DNA of 64,000 bases, from positions 312,467 to 376,466 of the forward strand of contig MU053156.1 in NCBI GenBank assembly GCA_013239625.1, in the 5' to 3' direction. The position numbers were made by a program, and so were the translations under genes. A model generated the notes under the pieces. That model searched no databases. It saw only the letters and a program-made list of their open reading frames with translations, and had not been told where the DNA came from. Source of the DNA: Lama guanicoe (Eukaryota). The first letter of the stretch is position 1; the number at the start of each line of letters is the position of its first letter. Shown one piece after another: positions 1 to 12,301 of this stretch.

Positions 1-1240
1 GCCTGATGACTGATGGCGTTGAACATCTGTTCTTGTACCTGTTGGCCATCTGTGTGTCTTCTTTGAAACATGTCTATTCAGATCTGCTCATTTTTTAATT
101 GGATTGTTTGGGTTTTTGCAGTTGAGTTTTAGGAGCTCTTTATATATTTTGGATACTGGCCCCTTATCAGAGACACGATTTACAAATGTTTTCTCTGATG
201 CAGTAGGTTGCCTTTTCATCTTGTTGGTTCCTTTGCTGTGCAGTAGTCTTTTAGTATGATGTAGTCCCATGTGTTTATTTTTGCTATTGTTGCTTTCGCT
301 TTGGTGTCAGATTCAAAACATCATCACTAAGACCTGTGTCAAAGAGCTTACCACCTATGTTTTCTTCTGAGAGTTTTATGATTTCAGGTCTTAGGTTCGA
401 GTCTTTAATCCATTTTGAGCTAATTTTGGGGTTTGATACCAGATAGTGGTTGAGTTTCATCCCTTTGTATGGCTGTCTAGTTTTCCCAGCACAGCTTGTT
501 GAAGAGACTGTCCTTTCTTCATTGTATATTCTTGGTTCCTTTGTCATAAGTTAATTGATCATATATGCGTGGGTCTATTTCTGGGTTCTCTGTTCTGTTC
601 CATTGATCTGTGTGTCTGTTTTTATGCTATACTCTACTGTTTTAGTGACTATAGCTCTGTATTATAGTTTGAAATCATAGAGCATGATGCTTCCATCTTT
701 GTTGTTCGTTCTCAAGATTGCTCTGGCTATTCAGTGGTTTTTTTGTGGATCACAAATTTTAGAATTATTTGTTCTCTAGTTTTTTGAAAAAGACCACTGG
801 AATTTTGCCATAGGGATTGCATTGAATCTGTAGATTGCTTTGGGTGGTTTGGACATTTTAACAACATTGATTCTTGCCATCTGCGATCATGGACTATCTT
901 TCCATTTATTTTGTCTTCTATTTCTTTTATTAGTGTCTTGTTTTCAGTATACAGCTCTTTCACTTCCTTGGGTAAATTTATTTCTAGGTATTTTATTTTT
1001 GATGCCATTGTAAATGGGACTGTGTTCTTTATTTCTCTGTTTGATATTTCCTTAGTAGTGTACAGAAATGCAGCAGATTTCTGTTATTGATTTCATACCC
1101 CACAACCTTACTGAATTCATTTATTAGTTCTAACAGGTTTTTGATGGAGTCTTTATAATATCATGTCGTCTGCAAATAGTGACCATTTTACTTCTTCATT
1201 TCCAATTTGGTTGCCTTTTATTTCCTTTTCTTGCCTTGGG
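1..1240 (-). mobile_element. LINE-1 fragment (ORF2 3' half), decayed
   Basis: Minus-strand ORFs 88-1008 give L1 ORF2-like peptides (KIKYLEINLPKEVKELYTEN, SKWIKDSNLRPEIIKL, SKIYKELLKLN), broken by stops and frameshifts. Confidence 0.92.
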
Positions 1241-1506
1241 CTCCACCTGGTCCCTTCGCTCTGCTTGGATTTTTATGTTGGCAGTTTCTCTCCTGTCATC
1301 ACTTTGGTCATTCAATAAATAATATCAGGACTGAATATTTTAGCTTTTAGTGAGGGGCTACGTAGTAATAACATTTTTTTTAATAAAACTCTTTTATACC
1401 TATTCTATAAAAGCCAGTGCTGTGGTGAGTGCTTGTCCAGCCCCGACCCTGCTGCCCCGCAGTGGTGAAGGGCAGCTTCCCCAGGCCTGGCTCTCTCTCC
1501 TGACAG

Positions 1507-1696
1507 AGACGCCATGGTTGGGGACCTGATGCCAGCCGGCATGGTCGCCCTGGTGGAGTGTCCCTCGTTCTCTTCCTCGGCACCCCCTTCCCACATGTCT
1601 GCCATGGCCAGTACCATGAATGGAGAGGAATGTGTGCTGGCTGTTGATACTGAAGACAGGCTGGATCCAAATCCATGGCAAGAAAAGACGGGGGAG
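1507..1696 (+). pseudogene. HERC2: HERC2-derived exon A
   Basis: tgacag|AGAC...GAG|gtaa; DAMVGDLMPAGMVALVECPSFSS...MNGEECVLAVDTEDRLDPNPWQEK resembles HERC2 DAVVGALMPAAMIAPVECPSFSS...MNGEECMLAVDIEDRLSPNPWQEK. Confidence 0.88.
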
Positions 1697-1759
1697 GTAA
1701 AAGCAGGTGGTAGAGCAATGAAGCAGTCTTAGATCAGGAAGGAAAAGGCAGCTGATTAC

Positions 1760-3320
1760 TAGCTTATTGTAAAGTACATGAAAAAGGGTACAGGAATAGT
1801 CAGATGAAGAGGTGCACAGGAGGGTGTCTGTAAACGTCTGTGAGGTCAAGGTGGTAGGTGGTCTTGTTGAAATCGTCTGTATCTTTACTGATTTCTGTCT
1901 ACTTGTTCTATCAGCTGTTGCAAGTTGGGTTTTGAGATCCCAGCTGTCGTTGTGGATTTGTCTCCTTTTGACATTTCTGTCACTTTTTCCTTCACGTGTT
2001 TTGAGTCTTTGTTATTAGGTGTGCATATCTTTGTAATTGTTATATATTCCTGATGTTTAACCCATTTTTCACTCCGAAATGTCTCTCTTTGTCTCTATTA
2101 ACATTTCTTGAAGTCTATTTTGTGTAATGTTAGTATAGCCACTCAGCTCTCTTAATGGTTACTGTTTTCCTGGTAGATCTTTTTCCATCCTTTTACTTCC
2201 AACCTTTTATGTCTTTGAGTCTAAAGTTTGTCTCTTATTATGCACCTTTTAGTTAGATCTTGCTTTTTTTAATCTAACTGCTAGTGTTTGTCTTCTGGTT
2301 GAGATGCCTAGGCCATTCACAGTTAATGTAAGTGTAGATGTGGTTGGATTGACGTCTCTTAGTATGCGTGTATTTGGGGGTGTTTTATTTTGCCTTCATT
2401 TTTGAAGGATAGTTTTGCTGGATATAGTATTCTTAGTTGATAGAACTTTTTTCCTCTTATCACTTTAAATTGGTCACCCCACTGGTTTCCTGCGTTCATT
2501 GTTTCTCAGGAGATGTCATAATTGCATTTTGTGTCCTTTTCCCTCTCGTGGCTTCCATGATTTTCCCCTTGTCTTCGGTTTTCAACAGCTTCAGTCTAAT
2601 GTGTCTGGGGTGTGGATCTCTGTGTGTGTCCTGCTTGGGACTGGTTAGTTTCTGGAGCTGCAGATGAATGTTTTTCATCCAATTTGGGGTTTGGGGTTGT
2701 ATCTGTTCAGGTACTTTTTCTGTCCCTTTTTTCTCTTCCCTCTTTTTCTTGTGGGGGAGGTGCAGAATTCCCATTATGCGTATGTCTGTATATTTAATGT
2801 TGTCTCCCAGGTGTTTGAGACTTTGTTTATTTTTACTCAGTCTTTTTTCTCCTGTCCTCCAGATAGAGAATAATAGAAGTTGTATAGTCTTCAAGTTGTA
2901 TGGTTCTTTTTCTCTGCCATTTCAGAGCTGCTGTTTTGTCCAGCTGGTGAATTGTTCATTTTGGTCATTGTACTTTCCACCCTCAAAACTTCCTTTTAGT
3001 GTTTCTTTTCATTAAATCATTGCTACCATATTTTCCTTGGCTATCATGTTTTCTCTGGTTTCCTCAAACCCTTGGAACGCATTAACACAGCTGCTGTGAA
3101 GGTGTTGTCCACTAGATCCAGCACCTGGCCCCTCAGAGTTAGTTTCTGTTCACTGATTGTCTTCCTGCATACAGCTCACACTTCCCAGTGTTTTTGTGTA
3201 GCTTATAATTTTTTATTGAAAACTGGACATTTTAGATTGTGTTGTGTCATGTGGATTCTGACCTTTATTTTTTTTTTAATTTGTAAATGTTGCTACAATT
3301 CTTTGACTATTTTGTAACAT
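1760..3320 (-). mobile_element. Old L1 (L1M-type) remnant including ORF1
   Basis: ORF 2496-2894(-) resembles L1 ORF1p (EKRLSKNKQSLKHLGDNIKYTDIRIMGI...PRHIRLKLLKTEDKGKIMEATR); boundaries approximate. Confidence 0.8.
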
Positions 3321-4351
3321 GCCTGGAATGACTCTTTGAAATCTCCCCACGGAGCCAGGGAGGGCATGGAATTCAGTGTTCGGGCAGTTTTCCTGTGTGT
3401 GTACCCGACTCTTCCCGCTTTCCTGAGTTCATGTGCCCCAGGTCACCCGGGCCGCCACGATGTCCTCAGTGAGCCCTTCTCTGCTCCCTGACTTCCAGGA
3501 TCTTCCTGTTAGATCCCTGGTTAGTTCTCAGGTCTGAACTCGCCTAGTCCCACCACTCCTCAGGCCCGCAGAGAGGCAGGCTCTCCTGCGTGTTCTTCGT
3601 TCTTCAGCGCCCTCTGACTCCCAGCATCTCTGCCAGGTGCTGCCCCTGCTCTGCACCAGCGAGCGCCCCTGGAGGCAGGGCCCGTCCTGGCCGGGCTGTG
3701 CCCCAGCTCCCTGAGACCAGCCCCAGGCGGGAACGCCCCAAAGGGGCCCCCCCCCCCCCCTCCCCTGCCCGAGTGCAGCAGTGTTTCTCAGTTTGTTGTT
3801 GGCCCTTAATTGATTTGACAAGCCCTGGAATCACTGTTTCTTACAATTCTCAGTGGTTTTATAGTTTTGTGGGGAGAGGATTTGCCAACTTCTTCCCTCC
3901 ACCATAGCCCAGATCTGGCCCTTCATTGATTCTTTTGTAGCCTAACTTGTCCCGCAGAAGACTCGACCTGATGCTAAGTGCTTGAGGGGTGTGATCTTAC
4001 ATAGCTCTTTAGATCGAGGGGGCAGGACATAGAGCTTGGTCTTGCAGCTGGGGCTGCCGCATGAGAACTTGCCCAGAAGTGAGGCCACCAGCCCAGCTGG
4101 CCCAGTGACAGTGTCTTCTGGTGTGCTCATCATGGGGGGTCTTTTGTCGGAGGCAGGGCTGGGGGGAGCCGGAGTCAATCTTAATTTCTTATTTTTTGAG
4201 GTTAGTGCTTCCTGACTTTCTGCTCTGCAGTAGCCGTCAGGCAGCGTTTTAGTCTCACTGCTTCTGTGCGGTATGTCACGACTTGGGGCCTTGCCTGGGG
4301 TGTGCTGGTCAGGAGCGGTCACTTTCTGTTTCCTGTTCATTTGTCCTCCAG

Positions 4352-4459
4352 GGGCAGAAGGCCTAAGGGTGGAGTCTGACCAGCAGGGCTCAACAGAGCG
4401 GCGCCACGACCCTCTCACAGTCATGGACGGTGTCAACAGGATCGTCTCCGTGCGGTCAG
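4352..4459 (+). pseudogene. HERC2: HERC2-derived exon B (108 bp)
   Basis: ctccag|GGGCA...TCAG|gt; [36 protein letters not shown]. Confidence 0.93.
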
Positions 4460-5856
4460 GTGGGAGGGGAGGTTGAGATGTTTTTGTAGAACAGAAGAGT
4501 GACCATTACTGAACAGAGTGTTACCACTTCATTCTCACATAAGATTTCAGGAAGGGACAATACGTGATTACCCACAAAATACAGCAGATTTTATCTGCCA
4601 GTACTTTCAGTAAGATCATTATCCAACGGATGTTAGTACCTCACTCACCACTGATGGGTGGGACTCCTGCGTGACTGGTGTGAGAGCAGGTCCTTGTTGG
4701 GGGCACAGGCCGTCCAGGAGGCCGGCCTTTCCCAGACAGCGGAGATGGTGCTGGAAAGAGTGTGGGAGGGCCAGGCTTGTGCTACAGAGCTTTTTAAGGG
4801 GATCTGTTTTGTAACTGTTGCTGTGAGGGCTTGGGCTCCACACGGAGTGTGCGCTGTGTGCGTGGGGAGGACAGAGCGCTGGGGTAGCCAGGAGCGGTCA
4901 CCTGCGGGCCTCTCCCTGCTCTGCTGACGGGCTCCCTGCGGCTGAGCAGGGGTGAGTCCCTCTGTACGGGGGCTTGTTAAATGCTCTCTTACGGGGCTTT
5001 TTAGAATCATCAGTGCAGGTATTTGTATGTGCGTGCGATCTCTTCAGACTATTTTTATCCTTCATCTGGAGCAAGTGTCTGCTAATGTTTCCTAACATAA
5101 CTGCGCCCCTCTGCCTTTGTAGCAGAGGCAGCCACAGCCTGAATATAAATGATCGGCCTGACTGTGTCCCAGTGAAATTTTCCTCACAAGACGTTAGTTC
5201 GGATGAAGGATGTGGTCACAGATGAGAATGGCTTTCTTTCCGGCATTTTGACAAATATCAGTGTGATTTTAGTCATGTTGGGAGATATGCCTGGTGTCTC
5301 TGCTTCCAGCCGGATCCCTTCCGAGCCACTCCCAGCCCGCTGCCTGGTAGCCCTTCTAAGTAGAAGCCTGGTTGGGGTGGCACACTGAAGCCCTGTCTGT
5401 CTGCTCCCCAGGTTCTGGCTGGGCTGCTCCATCCTCCCAAAGGTGGCCCTTCCATGCTGAGCTGCCCCTGTGCCCAGGCCTTTGCATACTTGCACCCTCT
5501 TTGGGGAAGGCTGGGGTTTTCTCATCCATTGCCTGGGAACCACTGTCATGTCAGACCTTCCCCAGGAAGCCCCCCCGTGGCCCCTGACCTGGCTGTGGGC
5601 AGAGGCTGGCTCTGCAGGCCCCTCACACGGCATCATGGGTGCATGTGAGCATCTCCCGTGGGGCGTTGCACGCCCGCCCCCTGCTTCCCCACATTTTGGC
5701 ACAGGGTGTGTTGAGGGCACAGTGTGAATGCACGTGAGGAGTGGGCTGGAGGAGCCGGCTGTGCTCCAGGCAGGGCGCAAATGACTCCGGGTCTAAGGAA
5801 GTCGATGTTGATCTGATGGTGGGCGAACCCAACACCAGTGTTGTTCACTCTACCAG

Positions 5857-5988
5857 GCAGGGAGTGGTCCAGCTGGTCCAACGAGCTGCGCATCCCGGGG
5901 GACGAGCTGAAGTGGAAGTTCATCAGCGATGGCTCTGTGAACGGGTGGGGCTGGCGCTTCACTGTCTACCCCATCACACCGGCCACGG
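5857..5988 (+). pseudogene. HERC2: HERC2-derived exon C (132 bp)
   Basis: taccag|GCAGG...ACGG|gtaagg; GREWSSWSNELRIPGDELKWKFISDGSVNGWGWRFTVYPI. Confidence 0.95.
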
Positions 5989-6431
5989 GTAAGGAGGGGC
6001 CCGGCCTCCAGCCACCAGGGCTTGCTAACCCCGCAGGGTGGACACACGTCATTTTCACTGAGTGCCTTGCAGGCCACCTTCTCCTGTTGCGTGGGGAGCC
6101 AGCACTGCCCAGGGCCCCACCACGGCGAGGGTCAGAGCGGCAGTGAGCCACCTCCGCTGTCCAGCTGCCAGGGAGTCAGCCCCTCCCCACCCAGTGTTCC
6201 CCTGCTCTTGCTGGTTGCCTTCCTTAACCCGTTTGACTTCCAGGTAGAGTGTCAGTGTACAGAACGTACCTATGTGACCTTGACAGTGACAGGCCCCTGG
6301 ACCCCTCTCTGACCACAGGTCCGCCCCTTGTTGGTTGGGCTGAGTGAGACTCCTTGTCAGGGAGCCTTCGCCTGCTCCACCGGGGGGATGTTTATTGTGC
6401 TTTTTCTTTTTCTTTATCTTTGTATATGTAT

Positions 6432-6490
6432 ATTTTTATTGAAGTGTAGTTGGTTTACAATGTTGTGTCAGTTTTTTATGTACAGCATAA
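6432..6490 (-). mobile_element. Very short L1 3'-terminal fragment
   Basis: tttttattgaagtgtagttggtttacaatgttgtgtcagtt...tacagcataa, similar to the L1 3' end at ~18957-19010. Confidence 0.7.
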
Positions 6491-6504
6491 CGCTCCTTCT
6501 TCAG

Positions 6505-6663
6505 GCCCTAAAGACCTCCTTTCCAATCGCTGCGTCCTCTCCTATCCATCGGTGGACTTGGTGACATGTCTGTCGGACTTCCGGCTCAACCTTGCCTCGA
6601 ACAGAAGCACCGTCCCCCGCCTGGCGGCGTCTCTGGCAGCCTGTGCACAGCTGAGCGCCTTAG
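6505..6663 (+). pseudogene. HERC2: HERC2-derived exon D (159 bp)
   Basis: cttcag|GCCCT...TTAG|gtaa; GPKDLLSNRCVLSYPSVDLVTCLSDFRLNLASNRSTVPRLAASLAACAQLSAL. Confidence 0.95.
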
Positions 6664-6746
6664 GTAATGGCACGTGTGCTTCCAGGTCTGTCCTGCTCCG
6701 GGGGAACCGTGGGCATCCTCTGACCCTCTCTGTCCACTAATTTCAG

Positions 6747-6861
6747 CTGCCAGTCACAGGATGTGGGCCCTTCAAAGACTGAGGGAGCTGCTTACAATCC
6801 AATTTGCGCAGTCAGTTAACATAGGCTACTTGGAGACAATGATGGGGAAACGAGAGCTGTG
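6747..6861 (+). pseudogene. HERC2: HERC2-derived exon E, frameshifted
   Basis: tttcag|CTGCC...GTG|gtgtga; AASHRMWALQRLRELLTIQFAQSVNI, then RLLGDNDGETRAV in a shifted frame (about 4 nt missing near 6822). Confidence 0.92.
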
Positions 6862-7334
6862 GTGTGAAATATTACATTACAGTTTCTAGACAGCTGACCC
6901 TTTGGGACTGAAATGTTGGCTTTAATACTTTAAACTCCTAAATCTCGGATGAAATACAAGTCGGTCAGTTTTACCTTTTGCTAAAACTGCTGGAGTTAAG
7001 CGTTTTGGAGGATGGCAGTTGTCATACGTGAGGAAAAGCTGATGTTTGAATTAACCGTAGTGTCTAAGCCTGCCTTTCCACCCCTGGCCGAGCCCCCACC
7101 ACCTTGTTCCATTTGCAGCTCAGAGATGTTCATTACCACAGAGGCAACGTGAGAACAGATATTGTAAAGGGGGGTTAATACGACCTCAAAACAAAGTTCA
7201 GTGTTCATTGTGTGTTTCAGGGTTCACTGCCGTTTTCCTGTCTGGGTCAAACTTCTGGCTTCTCGTGAGTTTGCATCACGTACCTGACAGCCGGGAAGAC
7301 CCTTTTCTGAAATGCCCTGTGTTCCCCTTTCCAG

Positions 7335-7501
7335 GTCCTTCCACTCCTCTGGATGTTCTCTCAGCATCAAACTCCTCCTCTCAGCTGATGGTGAAGTGGA
7401 ACCTGTCCTCTCTGCCCAGCAGCAGCCTGAGTTCCTACATCGTGCAGTGGTGGCACCTGCCTCAGGACAGCTGCCTTCACTGCACAACTACTGCTCCAAA
7501 G
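7335..7501 (+). pseudogene. IGF1R: IGF1R exon 9 homolog
   Basis: [22 protein letters not shown]...SYIVQW...HNYCSK|gtgag; 1-nt deletion near 7481. Confidence 0.93.
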
Positions 7502-7679
7502 GTGAGCTCCCAGCCCCAACTCCGCATGTCCCTGTCCCCGGGAGCAGGCCAGCCCTCGGTGGGGACCCAGCCCTCGGTGGGGACCCAGCGGCAGTGGCGA
7601 TTACCGGTGCAGACAGCCCCTCCTTCTCCCCACCAGCCTGTGCAACCTGGCTCTCCTTGGGCTCCTCTTTTCCAAGCAG

Positions 7680-7880
7680 ACAAAATCCCCATCAGGAAGT
7701 ACGCCGATGGCATCATCAGTGGCGAGAAGGTGATGGAGAACCTCAAGACCAAACTGGTGTCGAGAAAGGGCTGTGCTGCACTTGTCCCAAAACCAAGGCT
7801 GAGAAGCAAGCCGAGAAAGAGGAGGCCGAGGGCTGCAAGGTCTTCAAGAATCCCCTGCACAACGCCGTCTTCATGCCCAG
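7680..7880 (+). pseudogene. IGF1R: IGF1R exon 10 homolog
   Basis: [11 protein letters not shown]... then [39 protein letters not shown] in another frame; donor region appears 1 nt short. Confidence 0.92.
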
Positions 7881-8419
7881 TACCTGCCCTCTGAGGATGA
7901 CTCCAGGCGGGGCCTGATGCTTTCTCACCACCCTGGCCTTTTGTAGGTCAGCAGCCTCAAGGTGAGCCCCAGTGGCCGTGGAGGAGGGACAATGTGAGGC
8001 TGTGGGCTTGGCTGGGTGGGATTTCTGCACAAAGGAAGGGGCTCAGAGCCTGAAGCCTGCCCTGGGGTGGGGTGGGGTCAGGCTGGCTGTGTGACAGGTG
8101 ACAGGTGCAGCTGACCCCCAGCCCAGTGCAGAGAGCACAAGGGCTCAGAGAGCAGAAACCACAGGGCCACACTTACAGAAACCCGTGAGCAGAGGAGCCA
8201 GGATTTAGGCCATTCCCACCCCTCCTGTGGTCTCTCAGCCTGGCTGAGGAGGAAGGGAGCCAGGTGAGAAAAGTCAGAATCAGTTTTGAAAGGAGCCCCA
8301 CTTCAAAGCATAACCAGGTGCCACGGGCACCCTTGACAAGCAGGTTTGGGAAGCAGCATAAAAGACAGCCTTTAAAAGCAAGCGGCCCCTCCCCTGAGCA
8401 TCTGTCTGCTCCGCTGCGG

Positions 8420-8900
8420 AGGAAGGTCCATGTTCAAGGCAGCATTATTCACATAGCCCAAAGCTGGGAACAACCCACGTGTCCTCCAGCAGCTGAGTGG
8501 ATGAACAAGTGAGCCCTTTCTGGGCACTGGAATATTATTTAACCAAGAAAAGGAATGAGATTCTGAAGCCTGAATGAAACTTGAGAACATGCTGAGTCAA
8601 AGCAGCCAGGTAGCGTATGATTCCATGGACATGAAACTAGAACAGGCAAGTTCATAGCAACAGGACGTGAGTTAGTGGTTACCGGGGCTGGGGGAGGGGA
8701 CAGGGGAGTTATTCCTTAATGTGTGTAGAACTTCTGTTTGGAGGGATGAAAAATTTTGGAAATGGTGATGATGGTTGCATAGCATTATTAATAATCAGTA
8801 ACAGTGAATTATGCACCTAAAAGAAGTTAAAATGACAAAATTTTGTTAGTTTTTTTTTAAACTTTATTTTACTGCAACAAAAATTAGTGGAAAATAAAGA
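8420..8900 (+). mobile_element. L1 3' UTR fragment (L1MB-like)
   Basis: catgttcaaggcagcattattcacatagcccaaagctgggaacaacccacgtgtcc... typical L1 3' end with an A-rich tail. Confidence 0.75.
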
Positions 8901-11900
8901 AAGGTGGAGGGACATTCAGCAGGGACACCTTGTGATTGGTGTCTGGGGAAGGAGATGGAAACGGAGTGGTGGCCGATGGCTCCGTTTTCTTCCTGAAAGA
9001 TTATCAAGCAGAGTTTTGAAACAATCTCATGCCTGAAATCTGGGCAGAGGAGCAGGATTTCAGACCAGCCTTGTCCCTACGAGCCCGTGTCCCCAGCCCC
9101 TCACGGCACCCCATCTGCCAGCCCCCGACCTGGGGGCACCAGCGGCCCCGGGCTTCTGCTTATTCTACAGTTGCTCGGCCCTTAAACGCTAGCTGAGGTT
9201 GGAGCAACAAACAGTTTTAAAAGAGACTTTTTTCTTTTCTGTCAAGTGACCCTCCTGATATTTGTTTAATAGTCAAAGATAGACATCTTGCTTTGAAAAA
9301 TCATTAAAACAGGAAATGAAGACCTTTTAGAACGAGAGGCACTATTTCCTCTGCAGAATGAGGCTCTTGTCGCTCAGCCCCCTTCTGCCCACGCCCTCCT
9401 CCCCCGCAGGTAAAACCGCGGACCCTTCAGCCCCGCGCAGCCTGCCGGTGACATCTGCTCACTGAGAGACGATAGGGCTGTGGCTCATGTGTTAATCCAG
9501 GTATCTGTTATGTCACGTGTGGTTCTGAGAGTCAGAACGTTTGAGGGCTGGAAAAGAGCTCAGAGATGTTTCAAAACTAGAGCCCAGGTTCAGGGGATTG
9601 CCCACCATCCGAATTCATTAATGATCCACCTGGGGCTTGGCCCTCCTTTCCCACACTCCAGGGCTCTTCCCCTGCCTGGCATCGGTTCTCAGCACCGTCC
9701 ATCCCCCCGTGCCCCTAGAGGCTCGGCCGGTGTCACTTTCTGTGGGCACAGAGAAGAGGATGGGTTTCGAGTGTCCCAGACAGGCTGGGCAGGAGCGGTC
9801 TGTTTATTCTGCATCCGAGGCGGCTGGTTGTGTTGCTGTCTTGTCCCCCCGACCTGCCCGAGGTTCAGGTTGTGAGTCCAGGCTCTGGAAAGGTTTTGCT
9901 AAAAAGCCCTGTGCCTTTCTGTTTATGGTTACAAGGCAGTGCCTGTTTCCTCATCAGATGTGAATCACAAGATCCGGTGGCGTGAGGGCAGAGCTGTGGG
10001 TGACACAGGTACTATGAATGCCTCATATTCATGTTGATTTCAGGATAGGTCTCCTCTGTGCCGGGTTCCCCTGCTCAGTGCGTGTGTCCACCCTGCGGGC
10101 CTGGCAGCCTCTGTCTGAAATCTAGTCCCACTTCCTGGTCTCTTCCCATAGGACAGATGTAATACTGTGGTTTGCCCATGGTGAGGCGCCACAATTGATG
10201 ACAACCTCATGTGTGTGTTTTTCAAGACTCCTACTGAGGCTTGCATCTGATGTCCGCACAGTTTCCGACAGAATTCAGGTAGAAGGAGCGTTCGGGTAAC
10301 AGAATGACTGAAAAAATCATAAAGGGAGGTTTTCTGTTTTACAACCAGTTTGTCCAAAAGCAATTTTTATTTCCTTCAGTTCATTCTAAGTACAGTTTGT
10401 CTGGGAGCTTAAAACCTGGCAAGTCAGGCTTAGTGTGTTACGCGCTGTCCGACGTGCCCCGTGTGTCCTGAAGCAGGCCAGCGGCCGGGGCTCATGGGCT
10501 GCTCTCCCGCGTCCGTATCTGGGGGAGGGCCTGTCGCTGATCGCTGCCTTTGTATCTTAAGTCAGGTGGTTTGGTTTAAGTGACTGAAATGTCAACAGAT
10601 GTTGAAGAGTCAAAAAGGCTTTCCGCTCGGAATAAGCTGTCCGCTGGGTGGGAGCGGGGAAAGCTGGGGGTGATGTTTGCCACTGGTCACACTGTTGGGA
10701 GGCGAGGCTGCTTACAGAGAATGGGGGATGCAGCATTCTGCCTGCCCCCTGCCTTCCTGACGGTGTCCTGTGTGGCCTGCCTCCCCAGCCCCTGTCAACG
10801 GCTCTGCGGCCTCTGGGAGTGTGGTGTTTGTAAGTAGACTGCTGAGTGAGCTCACGGTGTCATCCCAGGTAAACGGGATTGGGCCACGGGAGGGGTTTTG
10901 ACCCAGTAGTATTTTGCAGTGAGTTAAACCCAAGCAACTTCCTACTTGTAGGCCCGAGTGGGTGTTGTGTGGGTTTTGAAGAGATGGCAGGAAATTTGTT
11001 CTGGTGGATGTCAAAAAAGGTCTTCCTAGCAACAGGTGTGGTTCCCTGTGCCCTCCCCTTCCAGGGAGGTAGGCTGGTTTGTCGAGTGAGAGGATGGGGA
11101 GCTCTCAGCCTCGTTTTCTAGCCTTTCCTTCCCCAGCATCAGGAAGGCGGATACAGTGGGGCCCGTGGCCAGTTTTGGGTGCTCATTACTCTCACGATCT
11201 GTCTCTGTTGGGCCCTGTAAGTGCTAGGAGCCTGCTTTTAAGGCTTCTTGGGGGAGCCATCTCTCACAGAAGTGGCCATTGGAAGAGCCATGCCCCAGCT
11301 TCCTGGGCGCCTCACCTGCATCTGGGGTATAGATGTTCTTGCCCTGGTGATTCCAGGCAGTCCCTTTTCTGTCCTGTCCTTCTAAGCCCTACTGAGACCC
11401 ATGGCAGGGATGCTGCCCCTGTCATGGGCAGGGCCCTGGGGAGGCCACAGGCGGTCACCATGGAGTGGGAGGCAGAGCCAGGCTGGAAAAGACCTCCAGG
11501 GCTGTGACAAACATAGACAGTCCCCTCTCAGAGGAGGAGGGGCCTGGAGGTCCAAGTAAGTGCTGGCTGCTGGCATCTTTCCTTTTATTCCCCAGTCGCA
11601 GGGGGTCAGAAAAGCCACCACCACAGGCCTATGAGCCCCCTCTGCCCACCTCCCTGGGCCTGCACCCCACACCATCGGTCTGTGCAGCAGATGGCGCTGA
11701 CATTCTAGTGCAGCAGCCATGGTGCTGCTGAGCTGGGGGCGGGGGCGTTAGTTTGCCTCTGGCAACCATTGAGAAACCACCGCCAGCCGGGAGGCAGTGT
11801 GCGTGGCGAGTCTGAGGTTTGCAGTGCAGAGAAAGCATAGTAAACAAACGAGGAAGGGAATCTCTGTATTATTTGTTGGTTCTCATCCAATGCACCCGAG

Positions 11901-12020
11901 TAGCTCCTTTTATTCCAAGGTTAAGATTTTTCTTTTCTTTCTCTTCCTCTAACCTAAGTCATAGAAGAGACAAGAGGGGGAGGCCCTCACTTAGAAGCCA
12001 AGTTTCTCTCTTCCTTGCAG

Positions 12021-12301
12021 ACCCAAAAGAAAGCAGAGGGAGGTCATGCAGGCCACCAGCACCACCATATCCAGCTGAAACAGGAACACCGCGGTGGTGG
12101 ACACCTACAACACTGCAGACCAGGAAGAGCTCGAGACGGAGTGCCGTTTCTTTGAAAGCAGAGTGGACAAGGAGAGAACTGTAATCTCTAACCTCTGGCC
12201 TTTCGTTTTGTACCGCATCAATACCCACAGCTGTAACCACGAGGCTGAGAAGCTGGGCTGCAGTGCCTCCAACTTTGTCTTTGAGAGAACCGTGCCTGCA
12301 G
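12021..12301 (+). pseudogene. IGF1R: IGF1R exon 11 homolog
   Basis: [72 protein letters not shown]; intact AG/GT. Confidence 0.95.

Larger units (their letters stand above)
1507..6861 (+). pseudogene. HERC2: Partial unprocessed HERC2 pseudogene (5 exons from the region between RLD2 and RLD3)
   Basis: Five AG/GT-bounded exons whose peptides match HERC2 in order; a 4-nt deletion frameshift in the last exon; intervening exons not found; followed by IGF1R sequence instead of the next HERC2 exon. Confidence 0.93.

Noticed and set aside
7208..7894. 228-aa ORF reading IGF1R exon 9 through the retained 178-bp intron back into the exon 10 frame
   Set aside because: Starts at a non-ATG codon, loses the IGF1R frame twice, and includes an 18-bp intronic duplication; best explained as chance in GC-rich DNA
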